20,000 nucleotides of DNA from an uncultured virus (IMG/VR IMGVR_UViG_3300037455_000492) (IMGVR_UViG_3300037455_000492), one strand, 5' to 3'; counted from the first letter of the stretch, positions 8,262 to 16,402 are shown. Numbers and translations are program-made. Notes: generated by a model not told the origin, from the letters alone.

Positions 8262-9146
8262 ATGAACAAGAAAGACAAAGACCTTCTTTTGAGCGACTTG
8301 TGCGGGCGGCTTCCATACGAGGTTATTCTTGAAGTGTCATTTGACACGGAGGATTCCAATGAATCGCAGAACCCGTATCCTATGGTGAGTCTGTCCGCTG
8401 ACGGTGTTGTCATCGAAACGGACTATCACAGATACAACATTCCGATAGAGAAAGTCAAACCGTACCTGCGCCCTATGGAGGATATGACGGGGGATGAAAT
8501 GAAATATGTGAATGAAACGTTCTTCAAGAAATCCGACCACTTTATGATTGACGATTGCGGGGAGATGTTCGTTTCGGCGCAACCGTTTGAAAGCGTTTAC
8601 ACACTCGCGCTCAAATATCAAGCGGAATATTTCGATTGGTTGAACTCCCGCCACTTCGACTACCGCAGGCTTATTGAAAAAGGTCTTGCACTGAAGGCAG
8701 ACGACACTATGTACGATTCGTTCACGAAAAAACTCACGAGAGGGGAGCGCGAAGCCATATACAAGGAGATTTGCAGGAGAATGCCATACGGGGTGATTGT
8801 TAGGGACGAGAACAATTACAACCCAATCAAAAAGACATACGACTACGAGGCGTATCCGAGTATGTTGACGAACAACGATTTGGAAGGGTTGAGACCTTAT
8901 CTCCGCAGCATTGACAAAATAACGCCGAAAGAGAAAGAATACATAAAGAAACACGGCAACATACTTCCCGATTTCGCCAACTCAAAAATGTTGTTCGCGC
9001 AGCAGGTGGCTAAACTCACCAAGTATCTCGACTCGCATATGTTTGACTATGACAATATGATTGCGAAGGGTCTCGCCTTGGAAGCCCCAGAGGGTTTGTA
9101 TGATGTCGAAAATTTCGGAAAGGAGGTGAATGTATGCCCGTTATAG
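8262..9146 (+). CDS. paralog family copy 5: tandem two-domain protein
   Basis: Two complete block sets: DLCGRLPY/KPYLRPM/DWLNSRHFDY..KGLA, then EICRRMPYG/RPYLRSI/YLDSHMFDY..KGLALEAPEGLY. Confidence 0.9.
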   Translation: MNKKDKDLLLSDLCGRLPYEVILEVSFDTEDSNESQNPYPMVSLSADGVVIETDYHRYNIPIEKVKPYLRPMEDMTGDEMKYVNETFFKKSDHFMIDDCGEMFVSAQPFESVYTLALKYQAEYFDWLNSRHFDYRRLIEKGLALKADDTMYDSFTKKLTRGEREAIYKEICRRMPYGVIVRDENNYNPIKKTYDYEAYPSMLTNNDLEGLRPYLRSIDKITPKEKEYIKKHGNILPDFANSKMLFAQQVAKLTKYLDSHMFDYDNMIAKGLALEAPEGLYDVENFGKEVNVCPL

Positions 9147-9823
9147 CACCGATAGTTTATCCGTATTTCGGTGAGGGCTTTGGCACGCTGTTCAAAATAA
9201 ACGAGCAGAAATCCAAGGACGAATCCCGAAAATGGCTGATGTCATTAAAGACAATCATCCCCGAAAGGTTTGACGAGTTGGGTTACAACTCCATCACCAT
9301 AAACACGCTTGACTACGGCGTGTCCTGCTTCGCTTCAAGCAGGAAATACCCGAATCTCTACACGACATTCACCATATCCGAAGAAAAAACAACGCCTATG
9401 GTCGAATGGAAATACTACATAAGTGAAAACCGTTGGTGTACGTTTGAGGTCAGTATGCTCCAAATGATGAGCGTTCTCGAACTTACGGCGAAGCGTTCCT
9501 CCAAAAAGCATTGGTGGAGTCGCAGAGAGGAACACTCCATTATGACAAACGATATGTTCAACGAGGCGATTGAACAATTGTTCCAAGCGAACCGAATTTA
9601 TCCAAAGCCATACAAATTCCACTATGGATACGGCGGTCTTGATATATACCTTGACAAAAACAAGGACATATTCGGCGGCAAGGACGAAGGCTACTTTTTC
9701 GAGAACATAGGGGGCAGGATAGTCAAGAATCTGATAACCCTCGACAATACACAACAGAAACTTCTGTTTATGTTCAACAACGACATCGTTGGCGACCTTC
9801 CCAAAAAATTCTCACAACAATGA
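9134..9823 (+). CDS. hypothetical protein
   Basis: 229-aa ORF overlapping both neighbours. Confidence 0.8.
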   Translation: MPVIAPIVYPYFGEGFGTLFKINEQKSKDESRKWLMSLKTIIPERFDELGYNSITINTLDYGVSCFASSRKYPNLYTTFTISEEKTTPMVEWKYYISENRWCTFEVSMLQMMSVLELTAKRSSKKHWWSRREEHSIMTNDMFNEAIEQLFQANRIYPKPYKFHYGYGGLDIYLDKNKDIFGGKDEGYFFENIGGRIVKNLITLDNTQQKLLFMFNNDIVGDLPKKFSQQ

Positions 9824-10323
9824 CAAACGAAGAAAGAAAACTTTTGATAAAAGACACGCTCGGTCGTATGCCATACTCTCTCTACATAGAGAACAAGGGC
9901 GACAAGTCAAGGAGCATACTCCACACAATATCCGTTTACCCTATCTTTGATGGGAACAAGATAGGCGACTGCTCTTGTGACGTGGAACTGAAAGACGGCA
10001 GGCGTGTCGGCATAGACGAATGTATGCCTTTGCTACGACCAATCGGCACTATGACGGATGACGAACTCAAGCATTTGAGATGGCTGTGTCATTTCGGTTA
10101 TCCGTCTGACGATTACGACAAATACGACCATCGTGGCGTTGAGGTGCTGACATTCATATACGATTCCGATAAGACACCGCACTATATGTCAAAAATGGAA
10201 TATGATTCCGATGACTTGGACGAACTCACGGATTACTTGAACTCCCGTTACATCGACTACCGTGGTCTTATCGAAAAAGGGCTTGCGGTTGACGCAGGCG
10301 ACATATACGCAGGACAACTTTAA
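9820..10323 (+). CDS. paralog family copy 6
   Basis: LLIKDTLGRMPYS...PLLRPIGTMTDDE...DYLNSRYIDYRGLIEKGLAVD. Confidence 0.9.
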   Translation: MTNEERKLLIKDTLGRMPYSLYIENKGDKSRSILHTISVYPIFDGNKIGDCSCDVELKDGRRVGIDECMPLLRPIGTMTDDELKHLRWLCHFGYPSDDYDKYDHRGVEVLTFIYDSDKTPHYMSKMEYDSDDLDELTDYLNSRYIDYRGLIEKGLAVDAGDIYAGQL

Positions 10324-10344
10324 TACAATTTAATACAAACAAAT

Positions 10345-10836
10345 ATGGAACAACACGAAAGAACAATATTGGCGGCGTTGTGCGAGGGTCTTCCCCACAA
10401 TCTTATATGCGATTTCTACGATGACGAGGAACACGTCCATCACGAGGCTGTGCTAATCACGGTGCATAAAGTTATGTTCAAGGATTGGAAACGCGAGGTC
10501 ATTGACATCAGCGGGCAGTCCACCATAATAGGCGACAACACGAGGTATGTGTACAGCCTGCACAATGTCAAGCCATACCTGCGACCTATGTCCTCTATGA
10601 CAAATGTGGAAAAACTTGAATTTGAATCAATCACAAACAAGGCGAACAGCGACAAAATCAAAAACGTCCTGCATTGGGACTTCATCGGGGAAACGCAATA
10701 CTTCGAACTCAATTGGTTCGATGTCGCCGAAATCGTGGAGTGGCTTAACGCGCATCATTTCGACTACAAGAAACTTATTCAAAAAGGTCTCGCTTATGCT
10801 GCGACCGAAAATATGTATAACATCAAAAACCAATAA
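10345..10836 (+). CDS. paralog family copy 7
   Basis: ILAALCEGLPHN...KPYLRPMSSMTNVE...EWLNAHHFDYKKLIQKGLA. Confidence 0.9.
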   Translation: MEQHERTILAALCEGLPHNLICDFYDDEEHVHHEAVLITVHKVMFKDWKREVIDISGQSTIIGDNTRYVYSLHNVKPYLRPMSSMTNVEKLEFESITNKANSDKIKNVLHWDFIGETQYFELNWFDVAEIVEWLNAHHFDYKKLIQKGLAYAATENMYNIKNQ

Positions 10837-10838
10837 TT

Positions 10839-11315
10839 ATGGAAGAACACGTTTACAGAATGTACAGCATTGTACTGAAACAACTTGACGGAATACACAG
10901 CGGAGTACAGACGGCGCACGGCGTTTGCGAGTATATCCGCAAGCATTGGGGTGACAAAGACCTTCAGCAATGGATGGATACAGACAAAACCCTTATCATC
11001 CTCAACGGCGGCTCTACGAGCAATATGGAGTACATAATGAAAGAGTTTGAGCGGGCGAATGTCAAATTCGAAACATTCGAGGAGGAAGACCTCGGCAACC
11101 TCACCACCTCAATCTGCGTTCTCGCCGATGAACGGATTTGGGATAGGGCTTTCATTTCAATGTATGACTATCTGAACAACCGTATCGCGCAATACCGCAA
11201 CGAACCTCTGCCAAACGATTTTACCGATAAAGTCGAAACCGAGTACTATGAATACATCGGCGGAGAGGAAAACGCTATGAAAAAGTTCATCCTTAATGAG
11301 TTGAAAACCAAATAA
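10839..11315 (+). CDS. Pth2-like peptidyl-tRNA hydrolase
   Basis: RMYSIVLKQL-GIHSGVQTAHG, W...KTLIILNGG and FEEEDLGNLTTSICV match the phage PTH2-fold pattern (QxxH helix; FxEPD..N..TAI). Confidence 0.7.
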   Translation: MEEHVYRMYSIVLKQLDGIHSGVQTAHGVCEYIRKHWGDKDLQQWMDTDKTLIILNGGSTSNMEYIMKEFERANVKFETFEEEDLGNLTTSICVLADERIWDRAFISMYDYLNNRIAQYRNEPLPNDFTDKVETEYYEYIGGEENAMKKFILNELKTK

Positions 11316-11325
11316 CGTTGCCTCT

Positions 11326-11796
11326 ATGAAAAAGAGCGATAAGAAAACAATACTGAAAACTCTGTGTGAAAGACTCCCGTATGGTGTTAAAGTGCTTCAC
11401 CAAAGTTGGAACTATGAGTGGGATGACGAGATGTCATACGTTCTCACAGTGACGGGCATAGACACCAAGGGCGAGATTATCCAATACGATTTCAACGGCG
11501 AGAAAGAAACACACTCATACGGAGACCCGCTTGACATAGACCTGCCAATCCTGCGACCGATGGCAACTATGACGGATGAGGAGCGCGATGAGGTTACACA
11601 AATCTGCTATGACATTGACTTAACCAAAGAAGGCATTTCGATAATCAAGCAGAACCTCCCGTACCAAAAAGTTTCCGCCGTTATGGATTGGCTCAACGCC
11701 CGCCACTTCGACTATGACGACCTCATCGGCAGGAAACTCGCCGTGGAAGACTTCAGTGGCGTTTATAAAAAAGACTATGTTTCAAAACCTTGTTAG
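11326..11796 (+). CDS. paralog family copy 8
   Basis: ILKTLCERLPYGV...PILRPMATMTDEE...DWLNARHFDYDDLIGRKLAVE. Confidence 0.9.
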   Translation: MKKSDKKTILKTLCERLPYGVKVLHQSWNYEWDDEMSYVLTVTGIDTKGEIIQYDFNGEKETHSYGDPLDIDLPILRPMATMTDEERDEVTQICYDIDLTKEGISIIKQNLPYQKVSAVMDWLNARHFDYDDLIGRKLAVEDFSGVYKKDYVSKPC

Positions 11797-11798
11797 CG

Positions 11799-12041
11799 AT
11801 GGGAAAAAAACACACATATTACGCGGCATACCATTATTCTTATGAGTATTTCGACACGCAGGAAAAGGATTGGATTAAGTCCACCGACTTCGATGCGCAA
11901 ATAATTTCAGATACATTAAAACGCGACATACCGAAGAAGATAAAGGATGAAGTTCTTTATGAATTGAGGAATGACGACATACGGAATTTCGAGTTCAAAA
12001 TGGACGAACTCTATCTCACAACGGATGACGCTTGTTTATAA
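11799..12041 (+). CDS. hypothetical protein
   Basis: ATG at 11799, 80 aa, acidic and aromatic. Confidence 0.7.
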   Translation: MGKKHTYYAAYHYSYEYFDTQEKDWIKSTDFDAQIISDTLKRDIPKKIKDEVLYELRNDDIRNFEFKMDELYLTTDDACL

Positions 12042-12060
12042 ACCACAAATACCAAAAACA

Positions 12061-12264
12061 ATGACAAAAGAAGAGTTAGAAGAATATGAACGCTTGAAAG
12101 CGAAAATGGAACGCGAGCGTGAAAACTGCGTAACTTGTGTGCATAGCAGGAGACCCGACAAATGTTGGAAGGCTGACAATCCAGAGGTGGAGAAATGGCT
12201 TCGCGGTGAAGGCAAGTACAGCGACCCGAAGATTATGTGTCCCGAATGGTATGACGAATATTAG
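12061..12264 (+). CDS. small Cys-rich hypothetical protein (CxxC...C...C)
   Basis: ATG at 12061 after an A-rich spacer; CVTCVH...KC...MCPEW. Confidence 0.7.
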   Translation: MTKEELEEYERLKAKMERERENCVTCVHSRRPDKCWKADNPEVEKWLRGEGKYSDPKIMCPEWYDEY

Positions 12265-12287
12265 GCACGGGATACATAATAATCCGA

Positions 12288-12299
12288 TTTTTATTATAT
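12288..12299 (+). promoter_or_regulatory. putative early promoter motif TTTTTATTATAT (copy 2)
   Basis: ccgaTTTTTATTATAT in the intergenic gap upstream of ATG 12324. Confidence 0.6.
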
Positions 12300-12323
12300 A
12301 AATTAAAAGCAAATATATTAGAT

Positions 12324-12722
12324 ATGACAGAGCAGAACATTGAAAGAGTATTCGCCGAGATATGCGCAAGACTGCCATACGGCGTGAAAATCACAACCGA
12401 AATTTGGGATGAGGATACATTGACCGAATCGGAAGCGACATTGAAGGTCTATTCAGTAAACGCTGACAGATACGTCTATGTGAACACGGACGAGGAAACC
12501 ATCCAATTGTACGCCGACAACGTGACAATGCTTCTCCGACCTATGGACGATATGACGGAAAAGGAGAAAGCGGAATACATCGGATTGTTCGATGGTATGC
12601 CGTTCTGCCCCGAACCGCAGAAACAGATTCAATGGCTGACCGCCCACCACTTCGACTACAACGGTCTAATCGAGGACGGTCTTGCTGAAAAAGCACCTAT
12701 TGGCGTATATCACGTGGAGTAG
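12324..12722 (+). CDS. paralog family copy 9
   Basis: FAEICARLPYGV...MLLRPMDDMTEKE...QWLTAHHFDYNGLIEDGLAE. Confidence 0.9.
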   Translation: MTEQNIERVFAEICARLPYGVKITTEIWDEDTLTESEATLKVYSVNADRYVYVNTDEETIQLYADNVTMLLRPMDDMTEKEKAEYIGLFDGMPFCPEPQKQIQWLTAHHFDYNGLIEDGLAEKAPIGVYHVE

Positions 12723-12723
12723 T

Positions 12724-13206
12724 ATGAGAGAGCGAGCGGTATTCACGGGTTCATTCGACCCGTTCACAGAAGCGCACCTTGATGTGTGCAAAACAGCAAG
12801 CAAGTTTTTCGACATCACAATCCTAATCTGCTGCAACCCCAAAAAAGGAAACGGTATGTTCCATTGGTTGGACAGAGAGGAAATGATTAAGTCGATACTG
12901 CGCGAACTTGACGGAAACGCAACCGTTGATATTTGTATGGGTTCGGTCGCCGCCTATTGCAAGGATAAAGACATCAAATACGCAATTCGCGGAATCCGTT
13001 ACAGCAACGCTGCGGAGGAAATCGAACTCGCGGGCATATACAACGAAGACGGGGTGAAAACTATCCTGCTGCCCGTGTATGACCCGAAGCACATAAACAT
13101 ATCGTCAACCCGTGTACGGGAATATATCAGATGCGGTCTGAATTGGACGCGCCTTGTTCCAGAACAGATTATACCTATAATGCACAAACACCTTAATTTG
13201 GAATGA
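12724..13206 (+). CDS. coaD: phosphopantetheine adenylyltransferase (CoaD) homolog
   Basis: RAVFTGSFDPFTEAHLD, NPKK..MF...R, IRGIR, ISSTRVRE and LVP are collinear with bacterial CoaD (YPGTFDPITNGH, IRGLR, ISSSLVKE); 160 aa. Confidence 0.85.
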   Translation: MRERAVFTGSFDPFTEAHLDVCKTASKFFDITILICCNPKKGNGMFHWLDREEMIKSILRELDGNATVDICMGSVAAYCKDKDIKYAIRGIRYSNAAEEIELAGIYNEDGVKTILLPVYDPKHINISSTRVREYIRCGLNWTRLVPEQIIPIMHKHLNLE

Positions 13207-13207
13207 T

Positions 13208-13633
13208 ATGACACAAAACGAAGAACTTTTACTGAAAGACTTGACGGCAAAACTTCCATACGGCGTGAAGGTCGAGATAGAGGGGTTGGACGGCATACAC
13301 ACCGTGGACGGAATAAATATAAAAACCGACCGAAACGGTGTCAAGCAAGCCGAGGTTAAGGTTGACACATACAACGTCTATTACCCCATAATCGATGTGC
13401 ATCCGTACCTGCGCGATTTCGAGGATATGACGGAAGCGGAGTTTGACGAAAACGAGAAATACGTGTTCCCGATTTTCGATATGGCTTCAAGCGAATCCAT
13501 ACCTGCGGGAACATTGGTTGACAATGCGCACAAGGTCACGGAATTCTACGACTCGCATCTGTTTGACACAAGAAGCCTGCTGAAACTGAAACTCGCAAAA
13601 AAAGCGGAGGAAGGATTCTATGATTTCAAATGA
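13208..13633 (+). CDS. paralog family copy 10
   Basis: LLLKDLTAKLPYGV...HPYLRDFEDMTEAE...FYDSHLFDTRSLLKLKLA. Confidence 0.9.
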   Translation: MTQNEELLLKDLTAKLPYGVKVEIEGLDGIHTVDGINIKTDRNGVKQAEVKVDTYNVYYPIIDVHPYLRDFEDMTEAEFDENEKYVFPIFDMASSESIPAGTLVDNAHKVTEFYDSHLFDTRSLLKLKLAKKAEEGFYDFK

Positions 13634-13634
13634 T

Positions 13635-13940
13635 ATGAACGAAAAGGAAGCACTTGAGAAATTCATATCCGACCAATTTGACGGAATCGGGTATTTGAAC
13701 AAAAGCGTTGACTATGACGAGGAAGGCAAGATAATCAATGTCAGTTACCGACTGATGGGTGACATCATAATCTCGCTCACAAAACCATACGAAACGCTTG
13801 ACGACAACTTTGTTGCGTTCAACGTGTACCAAGACAAAACTCTGCTTATATCGGAAATAGCGGATTGCAAACTCATTCTCACCTATCTTCACAACGTTAA
13901 CGAGAAAGTCATTATTTTGAAAAAAAGACAAAGCGTATGA
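13635..13940 (+). CDS. hypothetical protein
   Basis: ATG at 13635, 101 aa, ATGA-coupled to the next gene. Confidence 0.7.
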   Translation: MNEKEALEKFISDQFDGIGYLNKSVDYDEEGKIINVSYRLMGDIIISLTKPYETLDDNFVAFNVYQDKTLLISEIADCKLILTYLHNVNEKVIILKKRQSV

Positions 13941-14515
13941 ACCAAATATCTTATATATTGGCTGCGATAATGATTATAGCCTCCATCATATTCATCAGCG
14001 TTCAATGCGTCCGTTTTGACAGACGAAAAGCAAAGCGTGATGAGCGCGACAAAGAAACCGAATCCGAGGAAACGCCAGAACCGACATTATACGATGAATG
14101 GGACGAGGACAAAAAACTTCTGTATGCCGATATGTGCAGCAGAATACCATACGGGACGAAATGCTCAATTCTGTTCAAAGAAAGAACCGAGGGCGGAATT
14201 GACGGATACATAACCGACTTGGACGTTTTCGTCATCGAGGAATTCGAGGATATGGAGGCGTATGATTTGAAGTCGATAAAACCTATCCTACGAAGATTTA
14301 CCGATATGACGGAGGATGAACATACGGAATTGTTTAATACATATCACAATGTTGAAATGGAAGAATGCGAAAAAAGTGGAGACTATCCAAAAGCGTCTTG
14401 CTTGGGGGATATGGCAAAATATGATTGGTTAAACGCCCACCACTTCGACTACCGAGGTCTGATTGACAAGGGGCTTGCAGAACCCGTGACCGAGAAACAC
14501 AATCCGTACATATAA
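13937..14515 (+). CDS. paralog family copy 11, with N-terminal transmembrane anchor
   Basis: ISYILAAIMIIASIIFISV TM segment plus charged linker, then LLYADMCSRIPYG...KPILRRFTDMTEDE...DWLNAHHFDYRGLIDKGLAE. Confidence 0.9.
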   Translation: MNQISYILAAIMIIASIIFISVQCVRFDRRKAKRDERDKETESEETPEPTLYDEWDEDKKLLYADMCSRIPYGTKCSILFKERTEGGIDGYITDLDVFVIEEFEDMEAYDLKSIKPILRRFTDMTEDEHTELFNTYHNVEMEECEKSGDYPKASCLGDMAKYDWLNAHHFDYRGLIDKGLAEPVTEKHNPYI

Positions 14516-14518
14516 AAG

Positions 14519-14549
14519 AAAACGCGGTTGCAATGCAGCCGCGTTTTTT
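14519..14549. terminator. bidirectional intrinsic terminator
   Basis: AAAACGCGGTTGC-AAT-GCAGCCGCGTTTTTT hairpin between convergent genes, with an A-tract before and a T-tract after. Confidence 0.85.
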
Positions 14550-14634
14550 GTTTTCGATTAGTTAAAAGGACTTCTTATGTGTACCATAGTTTTGATTTTT
14601 TATTTTTGTATATCTTTGATTGCATTCGTATAAT

Positions 14635-15031
14635 TTATTTTCTATTCCTATACCACGCAGGTGGGTTGTTTTGTAATGGACAATAGTCAAACATTTCGTC
14701 CATATCCCAATATTTCACATTTGAAACATCCCATTTTGAAATGTCTCCATTGAATCTGGAACGGTAAAACATACGAAACATAGTAGTTACATTGGATACA
14801 TTCCATTTAGATATGTCACCATTAAATTCGGAATTTTGAAACATACCAAACATTTTAGTCACATTAGAAACATCCCATTGTGATATATCACCATTAAAAT
14901 CAGATTTTAGGATAATAATTATAATGTTTTGACTTATAATTACTTTTATCTATTGTTGGATTGTTATTGTCATTTATATTATGTCTTTGTGAAGTTAATG
15001 ACATTTCATCAATTTTCATTATATGTGCCAT
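14635..15031 (-). pseudogene. DUF285/BspA-type repeat protein, frameshifted
   Basis: ATG 15031 gives MAHIMKIDEM...NYYPKI* (TGA 14902-14900); three FNGDISxWxVSNV repeats lie in another frame starting about 14904 and end at TAA 14635. Confidence 0.75.
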
Positions 15032-15050
15032 AATCCGATTTATATTACAA

Positions 15051-15060
15051 TATTTATACG
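15051..15060 (-). promoter_or_regulatory. T4-type late promoter CGTATAAATA
   Basis: Contains TATAAATA (T4 gp55 consensus); 19 nt upstream of ATG 15031; identical box and spacing at 19396-19405. Confidence 0.75.
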
Positions 15061-15084
15061 AATTTGTTTTGTACGTTTCGGATT

Positions 15085-15096
15085 TTTTTATTATAT
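15085..15096 (+). promoter_or_regulatory. putative early promoter motif TTTTTATTATAT (copy 3), divergent from the late promoter
   Basis: Located where + strand transcription must restart after the 14519 terminator and the - strand insert. Confidence 0.65.
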
Positions 15097-15113
15097 TAAG
15101 TAAAAAGACTTTT

Positions 15114-15215
15114 ATGATAAAGCACGATTCAATATTCAACCTAATACCGAGCGGCTATTGCATAGCGGGCGGTATGTGTGTGCCGATTGGCTTAACGAAA
15201 AGCAAGACGCTATGA
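15114..15215 (+). CDS. possible 33-aa ORF or remnant
   Basis: ATG 17 nt after the promoter motif; MIKHDSIFNLIPSGYCIAGGMCVPIGLTKSKTL; ATGA-coupled to 15212. Confidence 0.4.
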   Translation: MIKHDSIFNLIPSGYCIAGGMCVPIGLTKSKTL

Positions 15216-15643
15216 GAAGGGGAGACATCAAACTTGTTATGGAAGATTTGTGTTCGCGTGTATTCTACAACCCGCGTTTTCATTATTTCCCGATGTTCGC
15301 TGACGGTGAGGAATACGAATATGACGACACACTTTCCTTGGTTGATTCTGTTGAGGAGAAGATTGAGGGTTGCGACACAACAGAATTGTTAAGTGTCGAG
15401 TGCATTATGCTGTATTTACGACCTATGTCAAGTATGACGGAAAAAGAAAGGGCTGAATACGAGAATAACTCAAAAAACGAATTTGGTAATACCATCGGAA
15501 CTTATATGTCGCCCAAAAACAAGTTTGTGTTTGAGCAGTTGGCGAAAGCGAAAGACATCGAATGGCTCAACGCCCACCACTTCGACTACAGAGGTCTCAT
15601 TGAAAAGGGTCTTGCTTTGGAAGCACCCGAAGATATGTACTAA
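15212..15643 (+). CDS. paralog family copy 12
   Basis: LVMEDLCSRVFYN...LYLRPMSSMTEKE...EWLNAHHFDYRGLIEKGLALEAPEDMY. Confidence 0.9.
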   Translation: MRRGDIKLVMEDLCSRVFYNPRFHYFPMFADGEEYEYDDTLSLVDSVEEKIEGCDTTELLSVECIMLYLRPMSSMTEKERAEYENNSKNEFGNTIGTYMSPKNKFVFEQLAKAKDIEWLNAHHFDYRGLIEKGLALEAPEDMY

Positions 15644-15655
15644 TAAACTATAGAT

Positions 15656-15862
15656 ATGGAAGGATTTATCATAATATACCAAAGAGGCGAGCAGTACGAC
15701 TGCGCAGGAAACTGTGTGCCGAAAACCGTTGCAAAGATGTTCCCGCCAGAAACCACGCTCAAAGAGGTTTCAAAATGGGTGATTGAAACCGCAGGTGTTT
15801 TCAATAACATACCAAACATCATAGACAACCCGAAAATAATCGGAATAGGAAACGATAATTGA
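15656..15862 (+). CDS. hypothetical protein
   Basis: 68-aa ORF in the coupled series. Confidence 0.65.
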   Translation: MEGFIIIYQRGEQYDCAGNCVPKTVAKMFPPETTLKEVSKWVIETAGVFNNIPNIIDNPKIIGIGNDN

Positions 15863-15863
15863 T

Positions 15864-16028
15864 ATGGGAAAGGTAAAAGACAAAAACGGCAAAAATAAAC
15901 AGCACAGCGTTCCCGTGAGAATCGAGGTGGTCGGTAAGAACGGCAAAACCATTTCTGTAAATGAATACGATTCACAACTCAAACCGCAGGGAAGCGGCTT
16001 CGTTATAGTACTTGAACCAAAAGAATAA
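15864..16028 (+). CDS. small hypothetical protein (54 aa, not in ORF track)
   Basis: MGKVKDKNGKNKQHSVPVRIEVVGKNGKTISVNEYDSQLKPQGSGFVIVLEPKE fills the gap between 15862 and 16031. Confidence 0.65.
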   Translation: MGKVKDKNGKNKQHSVPVRIEVVGKNGKTISVNEYDSQLKPQGSGFVIVLEPKE

Positions 16029-16030
16029 GT

Positions 16031-16402
16031 ATGAAAAAAGTTATGACAAAAGAAGAAAAAATCGAATTGCGGCGTGAAGTCTGCGCGAGGATGCTCTACG
16101 GATTGAAGGCACTCGCCACAAAAAGCAACCAAGTCGTAAGCATACTTCGCGGCGGCTACTACGATGACGAAAATTATTATTTCATACCGACCATAATCGC
16201 CGTGGCGTTTGAAATCGATGACTTCAAAATGTATCTGCGACCTATGACAAGTATGACGAAAGAGGAATTTGACTTCGTTGACACAGAATTCAAAAACCTC
16301 AAAATACACGAGAAAATGGATTGGTTCTACGAACACCACTTTGACGTGCGCGGTCTGATTGAAAAGGGGCTTGCACTTGAAGCCCCCGAAGGTATGTATT
16401 AA
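16031..16402 (+). CDS. paralog family copy 13
   Basis: EVCARMLYGL...KMYLRPMTSMTKEE...DWFYEHHFDVRGLIEKGLALEAPEGMY. Confidence 0.9.
   Translation: MKKVMTKEEKIELRREVCARMLYGLKALATKSNQVVSILRGGYYDDENYYFIPTIIAVAFEIDDFKMYLRPMTSMTKEEFDFVDTEFKNLKIHEKMDWFYEHHFDVRGLIEKGLALEAPEGMY
16350..16398 (+). repeat. 49-bp exact direct repeat, copy A
   Basis: GCGGTCTGATTGAAAAGGGGCTTGCACTTGAAGCCCCCGAAGGTATGTA, identical at 17214-17262. Confidence 0.9.

Noticed and set aside
10319..10339. Short tandem TTAATACAA duplication in an intergenic gap
   Set aside because: Two copies of a low-complexity 9-mer; not noticed elsewhere and no evident function
14591..14618. Bacteroidota-type promoter TTTG...TATCTTTG on the + strand
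   Set aside because: Spacer is 16 nt (shorter than typical), it points antisense into the DUF285 gene with no ORF to drive, and the region is very AT-rich, so a chance match is likely
14895..14912. Programmed ribosomal frameshift joining the two DUF285 frames
   Set aside because: No canonical slippery heptamer (only CCTAAAA), and an expected intervening protein segment appears to be missing, which favours a deletion
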